From: Oopsacas minuta | Taxonomy: Eukaryota > Animalia > Porifera | Assembly (NCBI GenBank): GCA_024704765.1 | Contig: JAKMXF010000321.1 | Coordinates: 1,137,006-1,201,005, forward strand | Direction: 5' to 3' | DNA: 64,000 bases | In this document: piece after piece, positions 36,101 to 46,909 of the stretch | How the letters are laid out: each line of letters opens with the position of its first letter | How positions within the stretch are numbered: position 1 is the stretch's first letter | Translations under genes and position numbers: made by a program | Notes under the pieces: model-generated | What the model saw: the letters and a program-made list of their open reading frames with translations, nothing else | Database searches by the model: none | What the model was told of the DNA's origin: nothing

Positions 36101-39100
36101 CGGCCTCGCGGTCTTAGCATATATGGATGAAATTTTCCTGTTTGTTAATAGGACATTCTTATTTAGATTTCGGATTTACCTCAAAAATTATAAATTTCTT
36201 AATTTTCTATGCCTAGAGACCCTAGTCTATATGTATATACATAGCCTACTAAATATAAGGCCTAACAGTAAAAGTACCAGGGATGAAGTATTAGCTGAAA
36301 GCATTTATCTACACGGTTCCTTTATTGCAGAAAAATGCATTTTTGGCTGAATAAATGTATTACATTTTTGTAGAACATCAAACTTTACACAAATAAATGG
36401 TAAAAACTTTTAGGAATGTGTAAAAATATGTCTCTAGCAAGTATTTATTTAGCAAAATATTTTATTCTTTGATGCCTTGTAGAACGTTAAATATTGCATT
36501 TATCAACTCAAAGTGAATAAATGAAATGATCTATAGATCCTTTTATACAAAATGTCAAAAATTTGTCATTCAAAAGTTGGCTCGTTGTTGAGTTAAGGTA
36601 GAGACCATGGATGACAAGTTTTTATGAATATTCAATTATAACTCGAGAATCATTAAAATTATCGTAAAATCAGGATAGGCAATTTATACTATTTACCCAA
36701 CTTCCCATACCTTTGCAATACATTTTGATATGAAATAATTGAAGAGTATTGCAGAATATTGAAAATGACCATATATGGGCATCGTCACATTGGTGAGAGA
36801 TATCATATCAAAATGTATTGCAAAGGTATGGGAAGTTGGGTAAATAGTATAAATTGCCTATCCTGATTTTACGATAATTTTAATGATTCTCGAGTTATAA
36901 TTGAATATTCATAAAAACTTGTCATCCATGGTCTCTACCTTAACTCAACAACGAGCCAACTTTTGAATGACAAATTTTTGACATTTTGTATAAAAGGATC
37001 TATAGATCATTTCATTTATTCACTTTGAGTTGATAAATGCAATATTTAACGTTCTACAAGGCATCAAAGAATAAAATATTTTGCTAAATAAATACTTGCT
37101 AGAGACATATTTTTACACATTCCTAAAAGTTTTTACCATTTATTTGTGTAAAGTTTGATGTTCTACAAAAATGTAATACATTTATTCAGCCAAAAATGCA
37201 TTTTTCTGCAATAAAGGAACCGTGTAGATAAATGCTTTCAGCTAATACTTCATCCCTGGTACTTTTACTGTTAGGCCTTATATTTAGTAGGCTATGGTAT
37301 ATACTATACATATATATATTATACTTAGTTTATTAATTGGACAGTTATCTTACTTTCTTCTCATATCCTAAGACATTTAGCATCAGTGGCGTAGCACTGC
37401 TTCAAAAAGTGGTCCGGCTAGAAATAGAAACAAACCTTGGATGTATGGTCCAATAAATGTACACTAAAAGCATTGAGAAGTAATTAATGAAAATATAAAG
37501 TAGTCTCATAGTAGAAACACTAGATTACATGTCCTGTTTTGAAAACGTACCAAAAACCGTCATTCGGTATTCAGTGCTCGAAATTGATTGACCATAAATG
37601 GAAATATATAACGATTAACATCTTAGAAAACTATTTACATACTTTGGATACGATAGTGCGAAGTAATAATTCATCAAAACATGAAAAGTCATGGTCTGCT
37701 AAAAACCGGCCAGTAAATTCTACCCAAAAAGGGTCTGGTTTTGTGCCGGACCTACTCCTATACCTATGAGCATATACATATCAATGCGAAAATTCAAGGG
37801 AGGTGCTGAAAAAGAAAGCTTTCTTTATTAGTGTTAATTTTTCTGAATTATATTTGATTATGATGACTGTTTTTAATGAATGGAGGCTAAAAATAACAGC
37901 CTCACAATCCTACTGGCCGCCCGGCCTCACAGGCCCTTAATCCGCCCCTGCGTATGCTATAGCGAATTCAAGATTTTAGTGGATAAACTGTGATCGTCCG
38001 AATCAGTTCGTCATAAGATTGTTCCATTGTAAGTAGTTTCTCATCAATTCCCAATCAGAATATTGTACAAAGTCTTGATCGTGAGGGCTAGTCATAACGC
38101 TTCTACCTTGTGATTTCATTCTCTAAATCAAAATATTGATGTTAAGGGATGAAAAATACTTAAATTTTCAATGTCCCCAACTATAATTTTCCCTAATCAT
38201 ATACCTAATGACAAATGGAGTGTCCCGGCCTCCTGAATATACCCTATACTAACCTTTACAAAGATATTATAAATTGTACGTAGATTAGCAAACATTAGCA
38301 ATCAGTTATTTGACCTAATTCTATTATTAATTTAGGAGAAGTTTCTGCACAAACTAGTTTCTTCGATTCAAATGACAGTGGACAATACCCAGACGATCCT
38401 AAATTCAAACCTCTAAAAGAATCATTATTACATAAATTGATAGATTGTCAAGATCAAGAATTGAAGTACCATCCTCTAGTCAGTATAATTGTAGACAAGA
38501 AGTTACGCTTCTACCGCTGGTGGTATGTAATTTCATTCTTTTTCTACCTTTTTTTCCTTATTTGCCTAGCTTACGCACTAGTTCAAGCTTCTACCGTGTG
38601 TGACTCAAATATTTGGCTTTATCAGAACCCAGCAGACTGGGTTAGGGGAGGTTGCGAAATAATTTGTCTGCTTTATTTTATTTTCTTCTTATTTAACGAA
38701 GCAGTGGAATTTATTATAGAATGGACACAGATATACGAAGAAAACAAAGATAAATGTGAAGAAAGTCAATTAACTATAAAATATATTAGCGATGCAACAA
38801 GTGGCGGAGACAAAACATGTCTATCTATATTCTTCGTACAATGGAAAAATATCCTTGGTCTCTTTCATAAATTAGATGTAAAGCTGAAATATTTTTTCAG
38901 TGCATTCCCGGAGTATTTTGATGGTGTTTATAACTTTATCGATTGGTTAGGAATTGTTTCTTTCATCGTCTTAATTTTCCTGAGAGCAACTAGCGTCTAT
39001 ATACAGTGGTCGTTTGCTGGACTCACTTTTATCTTTTTCAGCCTTTCGCTCTTCAAATATACTCGTATATCTCCAGCATTAGGTGCATACGTGAGTGGCG

Positions 39101-41687
39101 TATTCAAGATATTTGTAATAGATATTCCTCGTTTCTTCGTAATTATTTTTGTAATCTTGATTGCGTATATCGGTGGTATTCACTTAGCAGCGAGACAGCA
39201 GCCAACATCCACCCAGAGCATATGTTCGAACCCGCCTTATCAAGTTTGTAACAACACTCAATCTGAATTCTTTTGGTTCAATCGAGAATTGACTTGCTTG
39301 TATGATCTGAGGAGACCTCTGCTGTCTGGAGTGATTTTCATGTTGGATGGCGGCCCAGGAAATCATGTAGAGGACATCTTACAAGATAATTTCTTTTTTA
39401 CTATTGTATATTTAGGATTTTCCTTCACAATAATCGTTGTCATGTTGAATATTTTAATTGCACAACTATCTGAAACTTATGGCGAAATTATCAAAGAAAA
39501 TACTTATCATTATAAGATTGCCCTGGTTGTTACTTTGGAGCTTAAATCTAATCTTGCTTTTTGGTTTGGCAAACGATTCAGAAAATTCACAGCAATTGAA
39601 TCATTAATTATACCTCTTTCGCGCTGGAACACACTCAAAGATGGTGAGTTTAATTAAATATTGTGTACACAAAATCTATAGAAAGATTGTTATTCTGTTG
39701 TCTTTGCCTTGATATTCGATAAGCGCCATTTAGCTTGTCTATATAATAAATCGTTAGTCCTTTAACATAATAATATGAGTGTGAAGTTAGCGCAGGATTC
39801 TACACACTTTAAATTTTATGCCATTCCAATTTTTTGATTTGGTTAAACGTACAGAACAAATTGAAGACATACGGACGTTTATGAATATCCGAAATAATTA
39901 CCTTCAAATTTTAGGACAAAATGTTTTGTAGTTTTTTTTCAAAATTGAAATTTCTACTAATTACACATGTTTCAGGACGTTGGACGTTGTTAGTTACGAC
40001 AAAATTTTGTGCATTTATGTTAACATTCTTGTGAGGCATAGTTTTTCAACTAATTTTGAGTTGCGATCTGATTCTATACTATCTTTCATTTACATTTATA
40101 CTAAATTGCTTACTAGCCCTTGCTAGCTAGTTGCACGACAGCTTAGTGCCTCAGGTTAGCTGAAGTAGAAATAAATTAAATAGATAAATTTCTTGATGGT
40201 TTAGGTCGCGCGCGACCAGATACTATACTCGGCACTACTTGCCTCGAGGATAATTTTTCCGGAATTTTTTGTTATATTCACCATGGTCCATCCAAATTGC
40301 ATTCAATGGCCTTCTGTGATGACCACTGGAGATACTGTCGCTTTTGGTTAGTAATCTCGGCACTTCGTGCCTCGGGTATTAAGGAATTCTTAAATTTGAA
40401 AATTTGGATTTTTTGGTACAGTCATGATGACATAATATTCCCATGAAGAGTTAGCTTTTGGTAAGAATCATGACGTCTCAAAAATTGTCCCATTATGTGG
40501 TACCTGTGATTCATATTTCAAACTTCTCTCATGTATATTGGCTGAGCCGTGGTTAATAATGTGATTGTTCGAAATCCAAAAAGGTGACAATGACATCATA
40601 ATTTCGTTGTGTGAGTTTTCGTCCAAGACTCGAACATGTCCGAACCAGGCCCAAAATACCCCTGTATGCCAAAACTCAACTTTGGGGTCCTCTAGTTTCT
40701 TCAATCAATTCTGGACAGACAAACATATATACAGGCAGCCCTCGGATTTCGTGGGAGTTAGGTTCCTGAGAATTGTCTCGAATGGCAGAATTACGAACGG
40801 CAAGACGTTAGTTCATGAGGATAGTGTAGTTATGTTCCTAGTTTACAAAATGACCACCAATATGTGATTCTATGTATGATCGGCCTGTATACACATATAT
40901 AAATTCATTGCGTGTTAATCATATAGATTAGTGAACGACCGAAATTTATTTATATTTTAACAATTCTCAGACAGTAACCAATGAAAACTTATCAAGAGTG
41001 ATAAATATACATTAGATGTACTCATTCTAAATAGTCTTTCGATTGGCAATCCATTGATTTATGTAATTGAAAATAGAATAATTAAGATACAATAATTATT
41101 ACGAGCCGTTTCGCTTGCATATATCTGTTGATCCCTAGTCTCTAGCATTTTACTTAGAAATGTATACGAATATGATTAATCACCTAAAAGGTATGAAAAT
41201 ATACACATCAGATATAAATCCCAAATTTCGAGTCTTAACCGACTTCGGCCGAAGTGTTTCATTCCTAACGAAAGGAAAACGATAGTTTGCCAGTTCGTTT
41301 TAACCAATTCCGTACCAAAATCCAGATTTCAGCACCTTTTTGACGTCATAAAATGACACATTAACTCAAATATTCGCTATCTCAACTTTGATTTCCCTGA
41401 GCTTCGAGTTACTGGATATTGACAGTATCTATTTGGCTAATTATTACTAATGTAAATATTTCTTAGATAGTCCCAATCGCAATGTGGATCAAGTGGCATT
41501 GGATACAAATAAAGATTTAAACAAATCTACAAAAATGATAGAAATAGAATTCGAAAAAGCTACTAAAACTAATGAAGAGCTCAACCATAAAATCGACGAA
41601 CTTACTGACAACATGTCTGTTATCGATGATAGGTTAGACAGCTTTGAACAGAAAATTAATAAAGTTATTGAGTTATTGAATAAATAG
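23787..41687 (+). CDS. TRPA1-like: Ankyrin-repeat TRP cation channel, TRPA-like, ~1199 aa (1174 aa from ATG 23862); join(23787-24104,25269-25309,27934-28295,28742-28945,30449-31594,38336-39643,41467-41687)
   Basis: All six introns are GT-AG with compatible phases (0,2,1,1,1,1); 3600 nt spliced and open. About 13-15 ankyrin repeats, pre-S1 ELKYHPLVSIIVDKK, six hydrophobic segments, S6 end MLNILIAQLSETYGEI and a C-terminal coiled coil. Orthology to TRPA1 is untested and the start codon is uncertain. Confidence 0.85.
24573..25194. mobile_element. 622-bp CACTG-ended MITE with a 3-bp TAA TSD (CMC/Chapaev3-type) in TRP intron 1
   Basis: ~100-bp imperfect TIRs (CACTGTACAA...GATTAGGTCGCTATAG...GATTCCGAATAT); TAA at 24570-24572 and 25195-25197. 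Confidence 0.8.
25269..25309 (+). CDS. TRPA1-like: TRPA-like channel, putative 41-bp micro-exon 2
   Basis: TATTCTAG|ATTCTACAA...GACAT|GTAAGT; converts phase 0 to the phase 2 that exon 3 needs. Confidence 0.6.
25709..26486 (-). mobile_element. Fold-back element copy 2 (778 bp), inverted relative to 18075-18847, in TRP intron 2
   Basis: Reverse complement of copy 1 with only scattered substitutions and indels by eye; TSD GGCGTAC / GGCGTAT (6 of 7 match). Confidence 0.85.
27934..28295 (+). CDS. TRPA1-like: TRPA-like channel, exon 3 (ankyrin repeats)
   Basis: GDSLLHYASRVG, GFNILHSAVEGG; acceptor TTTATAG|, donor G|GTTACC. Confidence 0.85.
28742..28945 (+). CDS. TRPA1-like: TRPA-like channel, exon 4 (ankyrin repeats)
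   Basis: GNTALHL, QNTLLHLAA; branch-point-like ACTAAC at 28721; donor A|GTAAGT. Confidence 0.88.
30449..31594 (+). CDS. TRPA1-like: TRPA-like channel, exon 5 (ankyrin repeats)
   Basis: Open from the acceptor at 30448 into ORF 30733; about 9-10 ankyrin repeats; donor G|GTAAGT. Confidence 0.9.
31972..33209. mobile_element. Older fold-back element of the same CATRG/7-bp-TSD class, with nested pogo-like MITE fragments, in TRP intron 5
   Basis: Left CATGGCCTACTAAAAGACGGCTATACATGCTG; right (reverse complement) AATGGGCTACTAAAATACACCTATAGATGCTA; TSD CCTGGTG / CCCGGTG; shares a GCCTAAACGAGAT motif with copies 1 and 2. Confidence 0.65.
34500..34794 (-). repeat. Family A HINE-like copy (inverted)
   Basis: GTCGCACATCGTCCATGCCATTATGGCATCTCCCTATAGAAGCTGTACTAAAA is the reverse complement of the family A 5' end. 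Confidence 0.65.
35060..36030 (-). pseudogene. hAT (ZMYM1/DUF4371-like) transposase remnant
   Basis: Minus-strand SQIVDET..KQLSICVRYWLED and YFYQFIDTILEEMNSRF; many disruptions; boundaries approximate. Confidence 0.6.
36043..37950. mobile_element. Non-autonomous hAT element hosting the perfect fold-back
   Basis: TIR CAGTAGCGGATTAA / CAGGGGCGGATTAA (reverse complement); 8-bp TSD AGTATGCT / CGTATGCT (7 of 8 match). Confidence 0.75.
36240..37296. mobile_element. 1057-bp fold-back element: perfect 494-bp inverted arms with a 69-bp spacer (P/Galileo-like)
   Basis: Arms 36240-36733 and 36803-37296 were compared base by base with no mismatch found. Termini CATAGCCTACTAAA; 7-bp TSD GTATATA at 36233-36239 and 37297-37303. 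Confidence 0.93.
38336..39643 (+). CDS. TRPA1-like: TRPA-like channel, exon 6 (pre-S1, S1-S6, pore, TRP-like helix)
   Basis: In frame with ORF 38437-39657; acceptor AATTTAG|, donor G|GTGAGT. Confidence 0.9.
40199..40944 (-). mobile_element. Family B HINE-like element, near-complete copy, in TRP intron 6
   Basis: Short terminal inverted motif TTT(A/C)GGTCG, perfect palindrome GGTCGCGCGCGACC at 40204-40217, and similarity to 10250-10720. Confidence 0.55.
41467..41687 (+). CDS. TRPA1-like: TRPA-like channel, exon 7 (C-terminal coiled coil)
   Basis: Acceptor TTCTTAG|, phase 1; heptad-rich NEELNHKIDELTDNMSVIDDRLDSFEQKINKVIELLNK*. Confidence 0.8.
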
Positions 41688-44644
41688 ATTTTTCTATTAT
41701 TCAAACAAATTGTAAATCTATGTGTAGATAGAGTATATTATGTATTTCGAGGATTTATAGATAAATTTATATACTTGTGTGTAGATATATATACTTTGTA
41801 CGTATATGCATTTAGGCTATAGATTTTCAGGTAGTAGAATTATGTGCATTTATTGAACTTTTCTTATCAATTATTGTATATTTTTGCTACTAAACTGTTC
41901 GTATTTTGTTCATTTACTAAGGATAGTACTTAAGGTTCCAATCAAATCCAATCGATCATATTTTCGATTACCTATTGCTATATTTTCTTGGGAGTGGATT
42001 CTCGATTAGATTCTTTTTTCATTAATTGGGTTACAATCGATGGAATTTCATTTATTGTTTTTAAAATATTGTCCAACTTAAGCGTACTTGTTACCCCTCT
42101 ATACGTATAATCGTATATATAGCAGTTAAGAGCAAGCTTCTACGTATCTTTTGAGATTTGGTTGATTTGTTTTCTTTATATTTATGAAAACAACAATAAT
42201 TTGATAATGTGAAATTCGGTTTGTAACACAGTGCGGCGAAGGTGTAGCTGTTGAGGGCAGATTATACTTATATTTTGAGATTGGACTTATTGATTTACTT
42301 TATATTCAAAAATCAGTGCTTTTTTAGAACAATATATCTTAATCTTTTAGGACAAATTCCAGCTATTGTTGCATTGGTATAATACTGTCTTTGTAAAGCT
42401 TCACTATATCACTTGGCGAACAAAGGGCGGTCTAGACCCTCCGACACCGCTTATGAAATTCAATGCGATCCGACCTGCCTGTCTATCAGTCGGCAGGTCA
42501 ATTTAAAGCAAATGTAGATCATTTACGCAGGGATCTTAATAATTATACTTGTAGAAATTAAAATCAATAATGAATACTGGCCATATCACAAGTACAATAG
42601 GCCTTATCTCGAGGTTAAAATTCTTAAGGTCAAAATGGTCATAGGTCGACATGCCGGTTAATCTGACATCAATGTTGGGTGGCTATACTTTAATTTCGGC
42701 CCAATTTAAAATGATGTAGGAATCTCACATTAGTGTATTAGGGTTCAATAATAATAGAATTATATTACACTAATCGACTTTTTACTCGATCAGCGCTCAC
42801 GCATAACCAGCCAGTCCTAACTTTATATGTATGGTGTTACAATTTGTTAATCTAGGCATACTCTATTATCATATCCAGACAGGGGGCATATATAGTTTGG
42901 AGCTCCTCAATGTCTAAAAGATATTCGTTGAAGCAGTACAAAACATGAAACTAGTAGCACCAGCTTCGGTAATATATAAATGATCAGGTATGGAAATAGC
43001 TAGTAGCTGTTCATTAGATCGTAATTAATAAATTCAACGCCTTGAAATAACAGGATTTGTACTCAAGTTTTCGAGTAGAAAATACTCTTTTGTGGACAGA
43101 CTTATACGGATTAAATCAATTATCCGTATAATTTCTGAATGATTGTAGTGGAACTATAGCGGCCATGACAGCTACGCTTCCTACGCCACTGCCTTGTGAA
43201 TATTGTCTATTTGAAAATTGGGTTGAAATTTCTAATCCTGTCCCAAAATGGCTAAATTTATCCACCTTACATTTAGAACTTTGGCTCAAAAATTACATTT
43301 TCGCCGTTTTTGCGATGAATATTAGCCATTTTTGAAAATATTTGGAATGAACATTTTCCAAAACAATTAAACCTCAAAATTTCTTTCCAAAAATATCCGA
43401 AATGTACTAATATTCCTCGCTGGTACTGCGAAAAAGTTCTGTAAGTTTGATAAATTCTACCATTTTTGGCAGGATTAGAACGTTCAATCCACTTTTTCAA
43501 ATTTACAATATTCACCAGGCTCTAACCTTGACAGCATATTCACAATCCCTGTATGCCTGATACGACTAAATTCAATCCTCCAAATCTTGTTCCCCTGAAG
43601 AATGCCCCGCGACCAGGGTCCAGAATACTATTATTTCCTCCAACGGATAATTACAAGAAAGCTCCCTTTATAATGAAGTGCTTCTTTCTCCCAATAGCTT
43701 GAATTGAAAGTAACCCTTTAACCAAATATCGCTTGGGAGGGCATTTAACCGTAGTCCCGAGCACTGCGTTATGACGAGATTTTACTGTATTAATTTATTC
43801 GAAATACGGTTTACAACAGCTGGTTATATCATTTTTCCCTGCTCTAACTCGAGAGATAATTTGTTCAAAAGAAGAATTAGCATTGTCTACTCGGTAACAA
43901 ATATAACAGTATATCTAGTTTCGATCCAGTCCTCTGGGGTTTATAATGTAAATGTGAAAATATGATAAGTGTAGCTATTTGGACTTTGAATCAGCATTTT
44001 TTGCCCGATAGTGAAGGGTTTCATTCAATACACAAGTATTTAAATATATGGTGCATGACAGGCATAGGCTAGACATCATATGTGGCCGGGGGGGCCTAGC
44101 ACCCCATCATCGCCTGTTGGACACCTCATATCACCGAATTTTGGCTTGCGCCCTGGATCAACTCCAAATTACATCCATAATGACAGGGCCTTACACAACT
44201 TAAAGGTGGAGGCTTATTATATATTTACCATAATGGTTTAAATTAATGTTAGAAAAACTATAGGCTTAATGCCTCAGAATGTCTACAGCCTTGCATTGTT
44301 TGTACCTCTGGTCTCTACCTGATCGGTTAAAATTCTAATGCGAAAACTATACCTGCTAATCAACAAAGTGTATTTCGTCCTCTTATAAGTGTTTACTACT
44401 TGTAATAGGGGCTTATAGGGCGAAATGCTCATTGTTGATTAGCTGGTATTGAGAAACAATCGAATTCAATTTGTTCAAAGTAGTATCCAAGATTATATCA
44501 CGTATTCAGTTTACCAAAATTCAAATAATACATTTTATCACATCAACAAACAGTCATCAATTCAACAAAATTTATTTAACTAATTAATACTTTGTACTGT
44601 ATTATTCGTTACTAATTATTAATAGTTTCAAACTGCTTTAACCA

Positions 44645-44938
44645 TTATTTGTGCTCGTAGTACCATTTTAACCCTTTCAGATATGTGACTTCGGCTTGTA
44701 AACTCATATATTCAGCTTCAAGAGTGTCTTTCTCTTTCTCCAAAGTTTCCAGCATGTCCTTCACTCTCTGATGATGTATTTTGCTATATTCTTTAATCTT
44801 TAATCTTCTCCTTTGATATCTTAGCTTGCTAGCATCTTCCTTTGTTACGTTAGTTTCTTTAAATAGTTTATTGATTTCTTTCGTTCTCATGCCAGCAAGA
44901 TCTTTTACAGATATCTCATTATCATATATACTCGTCAT
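44645..44938 (-). CDS. MAF-like: Small-Maf-like bZIP protein, 97 aa, with a non-canonical basic region
   Basis: Maf extended-homology-like region DLAGMRTKEINKLF..TKEDASKLRYQRRRLK plus a four-heptad leucine zipper (L..L..L..L). An in-frame TGA ends 3 nt before the ATG, which fixes the start. Confidence 0.75.
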   Translation of the reverse strand: MTSIYDNEISVKDLAGMRTKEINKLFKETNVTKEDASKLRYQRRRLKIKEYSKIHHQRVKDMLETLEKEKDTLEAEYMSLQAEVTYLKGLKWYYEHK

Positions 44939-45666
44939 TTTTCACACCTTTCTTTCACTTGACCTGTATTAGTAATAATTATTTAATTATATTTGCTTTC
45001 AACAGGCAACTTTATCTCTTATATATCATATCACTTAGGATTATTATGTACATTTGTGATGCCTACTTGCATAGTATATCATCCCACTCGTAATGTATGG
45101 CTAACTAGTCCTTGCCTACTTGGATATAGTTACATAACCTAATTCAGAATAAATGTGTTACATAAATCCAGCAGCAGGTATTTATGTAACAGGTTGCAGA
45201 GGCGGACCTTAAAATGTAGTTTGTAGTTGAAACCTTGTAGTAATTTCACTAATGTATCCTAATCATAGATCATAACCTGTATAAATCTAATTGGATGATG
45301 CTTCATTATTGAAGATAATATAATAATGAAACAATTATAAAATTGGGATTTTGATATTGGTCAATACAACCAACTAAAATTGGGTTTAATAGTTGCAGTT
45401 TCAAATTCTAGTACCTGAAAGTTTTAGATTTTTCTACTGACCTTCGGAGTAAAGCGCGGTACTCACTGACACATCAACTCGGGACTACAGTCACTGCACC
45501 TAGATAATGCTATATAATTCAAGGAAATATATATACATAATTTGCCATATTCTATTTTCAAAATATATCCTTTCTTAATTACTACATAAAAGTTATTCCA
45601 AATGTATAGTTTTGTAAATTTGCTGACAATATGTTGTTTTGAAGTTCAATTTAGATTGGCTGTGTA

Positions 45667-46210
45667 ATTAGTGTAGCTCCTATAGGAAGATGCCCTAAGG
45701 CATGGACGATGTGCGACGTACGTACGTAAGTATATCCTTCCGCTTGCGGCCGTGCCAAATCTAGCAGTCCAATTAAAATGAAAATTGGCATACGTATACA
45801 TTTTGGATCGAGATTTGTACCTCGGGTATGAATTTTTTCTAAAGTGAAATTTTCACACCTTTTTGGTGATAAATCATATTTTCATAAATTTCTATGTAAA
45901 ATTCAAAAGTAATCTAGAGATTACCTTTCAACATTTTGTCAGGGGTAATTGGGTGCATAAAGTCTCATATGGAAAATTTCAGAGTCGAAAAGTTACAAAT
46001 TCACTGAATTATCATATTCTCACACCTCTTGCTAATATTTCTAAATTGATGCTAAAGATTATGTTTAACTGCTAGTCAGGGGTAATCGAGTATGGAAATT
46101 CCAAATTTGACATTTTCAAATCTATATCTACTTGATTTATCAAATGATTTATTATATTTTCCCACCATTTTGCATATATTTCAAATTGATGCTAGAGGTT
46201 CGTTTCAAAA
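45667..46210 (+). repeat. Family A HINE-like copy with internal duplication
   Basis: TAGTGTAGCTCCTATAGGAAGATGCCCTAAGGCATGGACGATGTGCGACGT matches the copy at 15931; the AGGGGTAAT..GAGTATG block is repeated. End approximate. Confidence 0.65.
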
Positions 46211-46727
46211 GGTAATTGCAAGATAATTATTTAGAATTTTATCCTTCGGATTTGAAGATAAAACAATAGGTGATCCGATTTTGAGGAAAGTACGTACTGA
46301 TTAAAATCCTGATATGCGAACTGTGTAAACAATCTGTAGCAGTCACGAAACTGTCCAAGAATTTTACCTGCCAGTCGACCGAACTTATCTCGACTTTTGG
46401 CATGCTTTAATTTGTATTGCAGAAATATGTATCCTAGGTGCCAGCAACAGGGAGCTAAATTAGTCGAATTAGTGAATAATTGGGACCTTTCACCTATTTC
46501 GAATTAACTGTCTTTTTACCAAAATGGAAAACGTATTTATTTCAAAGGCCATTATCCTCCAACATTACTCACTAGACACTACGGTCGCATGCTATGACAC
46601 TGATATGGAGTTTTTCCGAACCCTACCATGCTCAGATATACAGAGTCAGACCTTCTACGAGCTTCAATACTTCTTGGCAGACCGTCAGCTGTGCCAATTG
46701 AAAAAGTCTTCAATAATTGGTTTCTTC

Positions 46728-46909
46728 CAAGGTTGAAACCGATCGAACCGAATATCAATATTCATGAATAGTTGCTTGACCGAATACTGATATTATTCGC
46801 TTTGTCCAACCGAATACTGATAATATTCGGTTACATCAACCGAATACTACTGATAATATTCAGTTTGGACCAACCGAATACCGAATACTGATATTCGGTT
46901 GCAACTTTG
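46728..46909. mobile_element. 182-bp hAT-type MITE with internal ACCGAATACTGAT repeats
   Basis: TIR CAAGGTTGAAACCGA / CAAAGTTGCAACCGA (reverse complement); perfect 8-bp TSD GTTTCTTC at 46720-46727 and 46910-46917. Confidence 0.8.

Noticed and set aside
43191-43520. 330-bp element with ~75-bp imperfect inverted repeats between the TRP and Maf-like 3' ends
   Set aside because: Probably a MITE, but no TSD or diagnostic terminus was found, so it could not be classified.
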